Source of the DNA: Planctomycetota bacterium
GTDB lineage: Bacteria; Planctomycetota; PLA2; JAEUHO01
Assembly: GCA_965222115.1 (NCBI GenBank)
Contig: CBDCTJ010000007.1
Span: 1,472,001-1,536,000, forward strand
DNA: 64,000 bases
Direction: 5' to 3'
Position 1 is the stretch's first letter. Every line of letters begins with the position of its first letter. The translations under genes were made by a program, and so were the position numbers. Below are positions 20,428 through 29,002 of the stretch, one piece after another. The notes under the pieces were generated by a model. That model saw only the letters and a program-made list of their open reading frames with translations, searched no databases and was not told where the DNA came from.

Positions 20428-20548
20428 GCGCCCGCGGATCTTACCCGCGAACGCGGCACGCGCGAACCGCGATGTCGCCGAGGTGCATTCTTCTCACCGG
20501 GCCGCCCTTCTGCCACAGTAGCGGCTCGTCTTACCCGGAGGTTCACCC

Positions 20549-20776
20549 ATGGGTCGTTTGCTCGCACTCATTTTCGGCGGCGCTGCGCTTCTGCTCTTCG
20601 TCCCACCACTCATTGGCAGCGACATCGGCACGAAGGTTCGGGAGATCTGGATCGACGTGATTGGGCTTGAGTGGTACCAGAAACTTCTCAGTTACGGGCC
20701 CGGCATTTTCGCCGGGGTGGCGCTTGTGCTATTCGCCGTTCGCGGCGGTGAAGGCATGCGGCGCGCGCGCGACTAG
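20549..20776 (+). CDS. Small two-TM hypothetical membrane protein
   Basis: GGAGG RBS; two hydrophobic segments; co-directional with glmU. Confidence 0.7.
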   Translation: MGRLLALIFGGAALLLFVPPLIGSDIGTKVREIWIDVIGLEWYQKLLSYGPGIFAGVALVLFAVRGGEGMRRARD

Positions 20777-20821
20777 TCTCGCCACATTCCCCGTGGCAGC
20801 CCCCATTCGAGCGAGAGAACA

Positions 20822-22168
20822 ATGGCGGATCGTTCATTAGCACTGATTTGCTTGGCGGCAGGCAAGGGAACGCGCTTGGCTGTGTCCGACGACGTACCGC
20901 CCAAGGTGCTCGTCCCGTGCATGGGTGTACCTCTACTGGAACACGTGCGGCGTGCGGTGGAGCCCCTTGCGGCCGACATCACGCTGGTTCTTACGGGACA
21001 TCAACATGAGCGCGTGGAAGCGTGGCTCGGCGATGCATGGCCGGATGCGAAACCCGTGTTGCAGTCGCCCCAGCTTGGCACAGGCCATGCGGCGCGTGTG
21101 GCCATGGAAGCGATTCCCGATTTCGATGGCGACGTCCTAATTGTCTATGGCGATGTGCCGCAACTCATGAGCGCCGACCTTGAGCTACTGCGGGCCAAGA
21201 TGCGCGACCAGCGGGCGCACGCCGCGTTGCTTACGGGCACAGCCGACGATCCTGGTTCTTTGGGCCGCGTGGTTCGGCGAAACGACGGGCGCTTCATGGA
21301 GATTGTGGAAGCGAAGGATGCTGCCTCTCGCCCCGACATTCTCCGCCTGCACGAGTTCAATACCGGCATGTATTGCTTTCAAGCCGGAGCGCTTCGCCAG
21401 GCCCTCTCCAAACTCACGCGCGACAATGCGCAAGGTGAAGAGTACTTGACCGACGCCTTGGGTCACATCGCGGCCACCGGAGCCCGCGTAGCGGCAGTTC
21501 CCGCGCTCGATGCCGGTTCCCTTGTAGGTGTCAACACGCTGGAAGACTTGGCCGCGGCCCACACGGTCATGCGCCGACGTGTTGCAACCGAGCATCTTCG
21601 AAATGGCGTGATCATCATTGATCCCGACACCACGATCATTGAGACCGACGTCGAAATCGGGCGTGGCGCCACCATTCACCCGTTCACGCACATTGCACGC
21701 GGGTGCAAAGTTGCCGCGGGGGCCCAGGTGGGCCCCTTTGCACGGTTGCGCGGTAACGCTGTATTGCACGAACGCGCCGAAGTCGGCAACTTTGTCGAAG
21801 TCAAGAAGAGCGTGTTCGAGGCTGGCGCCAAAGCCAAGCACCTCACGTACGTGGGGGACGCCACCGTGGGCGCCAAGGCCAACATTGGGTGTGGCACCAT
21901 TACCGCGAACTACGACGGTAAGAACAAGCACAAGACGCACATCGGCGCGGGCGCGCACATTGGCTCGGGCACCGTATTGGTTGCACCGGTAACGGTGGGT
22001 GATGGTGCACGTACCGGCGCCAATGCAGTCATCTTGCCGGGTCGCGATGTGCCGCCGGGCACAACAGCGGTGGGCGTACCTGCGCGCACACTGCCTGTCG
22101 AAGAAGTGCCCGTCGAAGAAGTGCCGGCCAAACAAGTGTCCGCCGACGAGAACAAGGCATCGTCATAA
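20822..22168 (+). CDS. glmU: Bifunctional UDP-GlcNAc pyrophosphorylase / GlcN-1-P acetyltransferase
   Basis: LAAGKGTR, QLGTGHA, YGDVP, NAQGEEYLTD, hexapeptide region with GNFVEVK, HLTYVGDA, NYDG. Confidence 0.96.
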   Translation: MADRSLALICLAAGKGTRLAVSDDVPPKVLVPCMGVPLLEHVRRAVEPLAADITLVLTGHQHERVEAWLGDAWPDAKPVLQSPQLGTGHAARVAMEAIPDFDGDVLIVYGDVPQLMSADLELLRAKMRDQRAHAALLTGTADDPGSLGRVVRRNDGRFMEIVEAKDAASRPDILRLHEFNTGMYCFQAGALRQALSKLTRDNAQGEEYLTDALGHIAATGARVAAVPALDAGSLVGVNTLEDLAAAHTVMRRRVATEHLRNGVIIIDPDTTIIETDVEIGRGATIHPFTHIARGCKVAAGAQVGPFARLRGNAVLHERAEVGNFVEVKKSVFEAGAKAKHLTYVGDATVGAKANIGCGTITANYDGKNKHKTHIGAGAHIGSGTVLVAPVTVGDGARTGANAVILPGRDVPPGTTAVGVPARTLPVEEVPVEEVPAKQVSADENKASS

Positions 22169-22216
22169 CGTGTATGAACATGAAACGGCAAAGCGAAGGA
22201 TCGTAGAGGGGGGCGC

Positions 22217-23176
22217 ATGGCGCAGAGCAGACTCAACTTGATTGCCGGTCGGAGCCATCCCGCGTTGGCCGAAGACATTGCCGACGAACTTAATCATCGA
22301 CTCACGCCGTCGAAGGCCGATCGCTTTCCCGACGGTGAGATCGATGTACAGATCAACGACAACGTGCGCGGTAGTGATGTGTTTCTCATTCAATCCACGT
22401 GCCCGCCCGTCAATGAGAACTTAATGGAGTTGTTGATCCTAATCGATGCGGCGCGACGGGCGTCGGCCTCGCGCATCACCGTTGTGATTCCCTACTTCGG
22501 CTACGCACGCAAAGACCGCAAGGACGAAGGTCGTGTCCCCATTACAGCCAAGCTCGTTGCCAATCTCTTGGTCACCGCGGGCGCTGACCGCGTGCTCACC
22601 GTTGATCTACACGCGGCCCAGATTCAGGGATTTTTCGATATCCCTGTGGATCACTTGTACGCGTCGCCGGTCATAACGGGCCACCTTCGCGCCTTGCGTT
22701 TGGATGGACTAACCGTCGTGGCGCCCGACGTGGGATCGTCGAAGATGGCGCGCGGCTACGCCAATCGACTCGGCGGTGACCTCGCGATCGTGGACAAGCG
22801 GCGCGTATCCGCCGAGGAAATCGAAGTCGGCGCGATCATTGGTGAAGTCAAAGGACGCAATGTCCTGCTCATCGACGACATGATTTCTACCGCGGGCTCG
22901 ATCACGGAGGCGGCGCGTGTGTGTCGCGAACATGGCGCGAACAGCGTGCGCATTGCCGCCACACACGGCGTGCTCTGCGGTCCCGCGCGCGAGAGACTCC
23001 GCAGCGCCGACGTGGACGAAGTCGTCCTGACGGACACAATCCCGGTAGACACCGCCGGATTGCCGTCGTTGCGCGTACTACGTATCGCGCCGCTCCTGGC
23101 CGAGGCCATCATGCGTGTCCACACCGAGCAGAGTCTGTCCGCCCTCTTCAATCGCCGCGATACCTCAATGTCGTAG
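22217..23176 (+). CDS. prs: Ribose-phosphate pyrophosphokinase
   Basis: FPDGE, PYFGYAR, DLHAAQIQGFFD, VAPDVG, IDDMISTAGS. Confidence 0.97.
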   Translation: MAQSRLNLIAGRSHPALAEDIADELNHRLTPSKADRFPDGEIDVQINDNVRGSDVFLIQSTCPPVNENLMELLILIDAARRASASRITVVIPYFGYARKDRKDEGRVPITAKLVANLLVTAGADRVLTVDLHAAQIQGFFDIPVDHLYASPVITGHLRALRLDGLTVVAPDVGSSKMARGYANRLGGDLAIVDKRRVSAEEIEVGAIIGEVKGRNVLLIDDMISTAGSITEAARVCREHGANSVRIAATHGVLCGPARERLRSADVDEVVLTDTIPVDTAGLPSLRVLRIAPLLAEAIMRVHTEQSLSALFNRRDTSMS

Positions 23177-23319
23177 GGCGGGCGGATCGACGCCCGGCGT
23201 CAGAACTGGTCGCCGGCTCCCGGGTCGCTATGGTCGTGGGCTTGCACGCTTGTTTCGGACGCCAATTTCGGCGCCGCAGCCGCGTGGCCCCCGACGCAAC
23301 CGCATGTGGATTCAACGCT

Positions 23320-23943
23320 ATGGAATTCGTACAGATCAAAGTGGCCCGACGCGAGTCCACATCGGCCTCCGACCTCCGCAAACTTCGACTTGACGGTCAG
23401 GTGCCCGCCGTGCTCTACGGCATGAAGCGCCCCAACCTCAATATTTCGATTCCTGCGTCGGAACTTGCCAGTTTCCTCGATTCGAATAGCCACTTGATCG
23501 AGCTCAAGATGGGTGACAAGACACGTCGTGCGATTCTCCGTGAAGCGCAAGTCGATCCAGTCACCGATCAATGGCTACACGCGGATTTCTATCGCGTCTC
23601 CGATGACGTCGAGGTGGAAGACCACGTGACGATCACCACCAAGGGTCGCGCCAAGGGCGAGAACGAGGGCGGCATCGTCCAAGTCTTGATTGAAGATCTC
23701 GCGATTCGCGCCAAGCCGAAAGATCTGATGGCAGAGTTCATTGTCGATGTATCCGACATGGGACTCGGTGACGCGCTTCATGTGAAAGATCTCGATCTGC
23801 CCTCGGGCGTAACCGTGATGTCGGGTGCAGACGAGATCGTGTTGCAGGTTGTGGCGCCCAAGGTTGTTTCCGCTGTCGAAGAGACACCGGCTGAAGAGGG
23901 AGAAGCGCCCGAGGGCGAGGCCGCGCCGGAAAGCGACAGTTAG
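23320..23943 (+). CDS. rplY: 50S ribosomal protein L25/CTC
   Basis: LRLDGQVPAVLYG, HADFYRV, CTC C-terminal domain; prs-rplY-pth synteny. Confidence 0.93.
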   Translation: MEFVQIKVARRESTSASDLRKLRLDGQVPAVLYGMKRPNLNISIPASELASFLDSNSHLIELKMGDKTRRAILREAQVDPVTDQWLHADFYRVSDDVEVEDHVTITTKGRAKGENEGGIVQVLIEDLAIRAKPKDLMAEFIVDVSDMGLGDALHVKDLDLPSGVTVMSGADEIVLQVVAPKVVSAVEETPAEEGEAPEGEAAPESDS

Positions 23944-23952
23944 CAAACGCTC

Positions 23953-24528
23953 GTGCATCGCATTCTCTTTGGCCTGGGCAATCCCGGAAAGCGCTACGAA
24001 CCCACGCGTCACAACGCCGGGTGGCACGTGCTCGATCAACTCGCCGAGCGTTTCGGTTCTGGATTCCGGGCCACACGCTTAGTACACGGCGCCATCGCCG
24101 ACATTCATCTTGGCGATACCACGGTGCGCATGATCAAGCCAAGCTCGTTTATGAATCGCGTGGGGCCGGTGTACCTGCGCGCACTCGACGTCTTCGATAT
24201 GGAGCCCAAACAGGCCCTTGTCTTGGTAGACGACTTTCAACTCGACTTTGGGCACATCCGCTTTCGCGGGTCGGGATCGGCCGGTGGACACAATGGACTC
24301 AAGTCGATTGAGAGTGTTGTAGGAAAGGACTATCCCCGCCTTCGATTGGGCGTGGGGCCCGCACCCAAGACGCAAGACTGGGCCGACTACGTCTTGAAGG
24401 GCTACGACGTCCAGCAAAAGAAGGCGCTGCCCGAGGCGCTGGATCGCTGGGCCGATGGCGCCGACGCCTGGGTGCGTCACGGGTTGGAAGAGGCCATGTC
24501 CCGGTTCAATGGGGCGGGGAAGGCATAG
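23953..24528 (+). CDS. pth: Peptidyl-tRNA hydrolase
   Basis: GLGNPG..Y..TRHNAG, KPSSFMN, GSAGGHNGLKSI, YPRLRLGVG. Confidence 0.96.
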   Translation: MHRILFGLGNPGKRYEPTRHNAGWHVLDQLAERFGSGFRATRLVHGAIADIHLGDTTVRMIKPSSFMNRVGPVYLRALDVFDMEPKQALVLVDDFQLDFGHIRFRGSGSAGGHNGLKSIESVVGKDYPRLRLGVGPAPKTQDWADYVLKGYDVQQKKALPEALDRWADGADAWVRHGLEEAMSRFNGAGKA

Positions 24529-25053
24529 CGACAGCACCAGCGGGCCGCGCGTAACAAGGGCGAGAGTCCCGCGCTGAAGCCCGGTCGCACGCTCACCGCC
24601 GACGTTCGCGATTCGAGTGAGCCAACGCCGAAGAGGCGTATCGGATTGAAGTAGGCGAACGCGCTCCGCAACCCCGTCAACACGTCAAGCCCTGAGCGTT
24701 GGGGCGAGACGGAACGCAGCGCCCTGCCAGTGGCGCCCACTCGTTAGCTCATTGTTCCGTGAGAAGCCGATCGAGTCTTCCTCCGCTGGCCCCACTGTGC
24801 GTGGCCGCTGCCGATAGGACTTCTCAGTCCGACGCTGGGAGACGGTTCCGAATGTCCATTCGCCAACATGCACCCTAGACAATTCGGGCTCGGTACGGGT
24901 TGGGGTGCTGGGCCTGGCTTGATACCTTCCCGGGCTGCCCAGGGGCTCAGGCTCAAAGTGGGCATCTCGCCAGCACGCCTTCAGTTGCGTGCCCGGTGCA
25001 CGTGTGGGGAAGCGTCCCCTGTGTCAAAGAGTTCTGGGCGTCAAGGAGTCGCA

Positions 25054-25650
25054 ATGAGCGAACGCAGTTACGAAGCCATGTTCATCCTGAACAACAACGC
25101 CGCGAGTGCGGATTGGGATGCAACGTCTGGCGCCGTCGATACTCTGCTCAAGAAGCACGGTGCGACCATTGTGAAGTCGGAAAAATGGGACGAGCGTAAG
25201 CTTGCCTACGAGATCAAGGGTCAGCGTCGCGCCACCTATTATCTCGTGTACTTCACATCCGATCCCGCATCGCTTGACGGCATGAACGAAGACTTGCGAC
25301 TCACGGAAAACGTCTTGCGCTATATGTTTCTTGCGCTTGAAGAGTCGATTGAAGATCACGTTCGCATTCGCGAAGAAGAGCGCGAACGCTTGGCGGAAGA
25401 CAGCCGTCGCAACTCGCTCGGCGGGTGGGGCGATAGCCGTCGCAATCGTCGCGGCCGCGACCGCCGTTCCATGAAGGGCAAGAGCGAAGGCGAAAAAGCT
25501 GCCCCCAAAACTGATGGTGCTGCAATCGCGGTGGCCACGCCCCCCGCCAAAGACACGCCGGCTGCAGAAAGCACGCCTGCGACCAAGGACGCGCCCGCTG
25601 CCCCGGCAACCGATGAGGCGCGAGCCAAGGAACCAGGCGACACGGCGTAA
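25054..25650 (+). CDS. rpsF: 30S ribosomal protein S6 with long C-terminal extension
   Basis: YEAMFIL, WDERKLAYEI, VLRYM; AAGGAG RBS. Confidence 0.93.
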   Translation: MSERSYEAMFILNNNAASADWDATSGAVDTLLKKHGATIVKSEKWDERKLAYEIKGQRRATYYLVYFTSDPASLDGMNEDLRLTENVLRYMFLALEESIEDHVRIREEERERLAEDSRRNSLGGWGDSRRNRRGRDRRSMKGKSEGEKAAPKTDGAAIAVATPPAKDTPAAESTPATKDAPAAPATDEARAKEPGDTA

Positions 25651-25715
25651 TCCGCGCATACTACACGAATTTGGGACGGTGAAGATCGTCCATCGATTTC
25701 AAAGGAACGTACACC

Positions 25716-25988
25716 ATGGCGAAGAAGTTCATCGCGAGCAATACGAAGCTCAAGAACCTGCGCAAGTTGATGAAGTCGCAGGCCGATCGCAATCGCTGCC
25801 GCTTCACCCGTGCGCGCATTCACTACATCGACTACAAAGACGTGTCCACGCTGCAAAAGATGGTGAGCCAGCAAGGCAAGATTCACGGCCGCAAGCGCAC
25901 CGGTACGCGCAGTCACTTTCAACGCGAGTTGAGTCGCGCCATCAAGCGCGCTCGGTTCATGGCCCTCATGCCCTACACGGGACGCTAA
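25716..25988 (+). CDS. rpsR: 30S ribosomal protein S18
   Basis: IDYKDV, GKI, RTG, QRELSRAIKRARFMALMPY. Confidence 0.95.
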   Translation: MAKKFIASNTKLKNLRKLMKSQADRNRCRFTRARIHYIDYKDVSTLQKMVSQQGKIHGRKRTGTRSHFQRELSRAIKRARFMALMPYTGR

Positions 25989-26097
25989 GTCGCATCTCAT
26001 TGTTTAGGCTCATCGTTTAGAAATTTGGTCGGCCCGGCAAACCAGGGCGCAACACGTACCGATTGCTGGCGCGCATCACGCGCGCGGAGAGTTCATC

Positions 26098-26664
26098 ATG
26101 GCTATTGAAGTGCTTTTGCGTCGCTCGATCGAAGGCGTGGGAATTGTTGGCGAAGTCGTCAAGGTGAAGAACGGTTATGCCCGCAACTACCTCTTCCCCA
26201 TGTCCTACGCTTCACCCGTCACCGCCGACGCCCTTCGCAACATTGAGAAGGACAAGGCCGCGCAACTCGTTCGCGAAAAAGACATGGCGAAGAAGCGCGA
26301 CTTGTTGCTTGAGCGTTTGGCCGATGTGAAGCTCACCATTGAGGCTCGCGCGGGCGACGACGGCCACCTGTATGGATCGGTGGGACCGCGCCAAGTGGTG
26401 CTCGGGCTCCAGGGAATCGGCATCGACGACTTTGAAGAGCGTCAGGTCACACTCGAAACGGTGCGCGAACTCGGCGAGTACGAGGCCGAACTCAACTTGG
26501 GCGCCGGAGTGACTCACGCACTCCCCATCTGGGTCACCCAAGACGCCATCGAAGCGGAAGAACAGCGTGAAGCCGCCGAGGCCGAGGCCGCGCGCATTGC
26601 CGAGATGGGCGATGCCGAAGAGGGTGGCGAGGGCTATGGCGGAGATCTCCTCGACGCCGAATAG
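26098..26664 (+). CDS. rplI: 50S ribosomal protein L9
   Basis: GEVVKVKNGYARNYLFP, GHLYGSV; acidic tail. Confidence 0.96.
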   Translation: MAIEVLLRRSIEGVGIVGEVVKVKNGYARNYLFPMSYASPVTADALRNIEKDKAAQLVREKDMAKKRDLLLERLADVKLTIEARAGDDGHLYGSVGPRQVVLGLQGIGIDDFEERQVTLETVRELGEYEAELNLGAGVTHALPIWVTQDAIEAEEQREAAEAEAARIAEMGDAEEGGEGYGGDLLDAE

Positions 26665-27107
26665 ATCATAAGGATCTCTCTCTCGTTCAGCCGTCGCTAG
26701 TTGGTCGCATTGCATCGATTGCGATCTGCCAAAGCTGCCTCGACATTGGGGGCGAATTGGTTCTTTAAATTGTCTATACACTTAGCTTGCCCGACAGCTT
26801 GAATCGACATAAGATATTGTAAATACACGACTTATGTAAAAAGATCGTGTAAAGGCTGTGGAAAGACGGTGCACAACCCAAGGGAGGGGGGGCGCGGCGA
26901 TCCACAAGGTTTCTGAACGGAATGTGTCTCCATGGATGGCCATTGAAGGCAGATGCGAGGGCGGGTGTCCTTGGGACGAGTGTCCTTGGGGTTGGCGACA
27001 ATCCCGGGTTACTCGGTTGATCCGAGGACGGGCCACGTGTCCCATTTCTTTGGTCGTTCGTTGGGCGCGTACCGCTGCGGCGGCACGCATGGGTGCGCGG
27101 AGCAGGC

Positions 27108-28628
27108 ATGATCGACCGTAATGGAGGCAGTCCTATTGAAGGCGTTGAGGGCGTCGCCTCCCAGGGTGAATCGAACTCGCCAACCCATAGCTCGCAAACC
27201 CTTGTTGTCGACGGCGCGTCGCCCAAGGAGATGGCCCCCAAAGACATTGCGCGGGTGCCGCCCCACAACCTCGACGCCGAGCGCATGCTCCTGGGGTCCA
27301 TTCTTCAAGACGGCGAACTCACGGGCGGCGAAAAGATGGGCCTCGTTTTGCCCGTCATCAAGCGCACCGATTTCTATCGCGGGGTTCATGGCCGGCTCTA
27401 TGACGTTCTAAAGTCGCTCTACGATCGCGGCGAACCCATCGATCCCGTGATTGTGTTTGAAGAGTGTCGCCGGTTGGGCATTCAAGATGAAATTGGTGGC
27501 GTCGACTACTTGGTGTCGCTTTACGAGTCGGTTGCCAGCCCGTCCAACGCGGAAGAGTACGCGCGCATTGTGCGCGACAAGTCGTTGCAACGCGCCCTCA
27601 TCATTACCACCGACGACATTCGCCACAAGGCCTATACGGGTGGCGCGCGCGGCGATGAACTCCTCGAACTTGCGGAAGCGCGCATCTTTGAGCTCGGCAA
27701 ACGAACCGAGGTCGATCGGCTTCAGAGCATCAACGATCTCGTCATGGAGGCCATGGCCGACATTGATCGCGGTGGCGTGGATCCCAACACCATTCGATCG
27801 GGGTTCATTGACTTTGACAACATGACGGGCGGGCTACGGCCGGGCGAGTTGATTATTGTTGCTGGTCGCCCATCGATGGGAAAGAGCACGTTTGCGCTAA
27901 ATGTTGCACTCAATGCTGCTATGCGTCCGCGAGAACAAGGCCGCCGCCGCGTCGCCATCTTTAGTTTGGAAATGTCGGCGAAGAACGTGGCGCAAAACAT
28001 GTTGAGCGCCTTTTCCGAAGTGCCCGGGCGCTTCGTACGCGAAGGACGCTTTCTGACGCCCACGCATCGCAGCAAGTTGCAAGAAGCCGCCGAGGCCTTG
28101 CATGGCGCCGACATTTTTATCGACGACAGCTCGCAACTAACACCCACCGGCTTGCGCGCCAAAGCGCGACGACTCAAGTCCAAGCCGGGTCTCGATCTGA
28201 TCGTGGTCGATTACCTGCAGTTGATGAGCGGCGACAGCGGAACGGGCAATTCGGAGAACCGCCAACAAGAGGTCTCCTACATCAGCCGCACGCTCAAAGG
28301 CATTGCGCGTGAGTTGGAAGTGCCCGTGATTGCACTGTCGCAGCTCAATCGCGCGGCCGAGAACCGAGAAGGCAATCGCCCCAAGCTCTCCGACCTCCGA
28401 GAGTCTGGCGCCATCGAGCAGGATGCCGACGTGATTGCGTTGCTCTTCCGCAAGGACTACTACCTACAAAAGGCGGGCAAGGCCGACGACGAAGTTGCGG
28501 CCGCTGCAGGCATCGCCGAAGTGATACTCGCCAAGCAACGAAATGGCCCCACCGGCGTAGTGAAACTCGTCTTTAAGCGCGACTGCCTGCGATTCATGAA
28601 CCTGCTCAATCAGCCCATCCCCGATTGA
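27108..28628 (+). CDS. dnaB: Replicative DNA helicase DnaB
   Basis: PPHNLDAE, AGRPSMGKS, FSLEMS, VVDYLQLM, LSQLNR, DLRESGAIEQDAD, AKQRNGP. Start at 27108 or 27231. Confidence 0.97.
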   Translation: MIDRNGGSPIEGVEGVASQGESNSPTHSSQTLVVDGASPKEMAPKDIARVPPHNLDAERMLLGSILQDGELTGGEKMGLVLPVIKRTDFYRGVHGRLYDVLKSLYDRGEPIDPVIVFEECRRLGIQDEIGGVDYLVSLYESVASPSNAEEYARIVRDKSLQRALIITTDDIRHKAYTGGARGDELLELAEARIFELGKRTEVDRLQSINDLVMEAMADIDRGGVDPNTIRSGFIDFDNMTGGLRPGELIIVAGRPSMGKSTFALNVALNAAMRPREQGRRRVAIFSLEMSAKNVAQNMLSAFSEVPGRFVREGRFLTPTHRSKLQEAAEALHGADIFIDDSSQLTPTGLRAKARRLKSKPGLDLIVVDYLQLMSGDSGTGNSENRQQEVSYISRTLKGIARELEVPVIALSQLNRAAENREGNRPKLSDLRESGAIEQDADVIALLFRKDYYLQKAGKADDEVAAAAGIAEVILAKQRNGPTGVVKLVFKRDCLRFMNLLNQPIPD

Positions 28629-29002
28629 TCCTGCCCGCAGCGCAGTACCGCGGAGGGAATCTTGTTCGTGGCGCGGCCCACGCCGGCGCGTCGTGACAGA
28701 TCCATGACGCCCACGTGAAGCAACGACTCTCGTCCTCGAAGCGCGGTCTCGACCGTGCAAAAAGCGCCTAATTAGGGAAAATCTGGCGCTGCGAGATTCC
28801 GATTCCAAACACTACAATCCGGCTTACCTAACAGACAGGCGCGAAACAACGGGTCGAGTTTGCTCGGCGTCCGTGTTTCGGGAGGGGCCGGCGGACGTTC
28901 GTTCGTCGTGCGCGGAAACAACAGACGATTTCTCTCGCTGGATCACTCGACCGAACGAAGCACGGCTTCGAGTGCCCTGGTGCTGGAGCACAAACAAACA
29001 CC

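Noticed and set aside
24720-24990. SRP RNA, RNase P RNA or tmRNA
   Set aside because: Only vague resemblance (for example CCCGGGAAGG on the minus strand). The conserved cores CAGG..GGAA..AGCAG and GAGGAAAGTCC and tRNA-like ends are absent.
27108-28628. Intein in DnaB
   Set aside because: The helicase motifs are contiguous and the length is normal.
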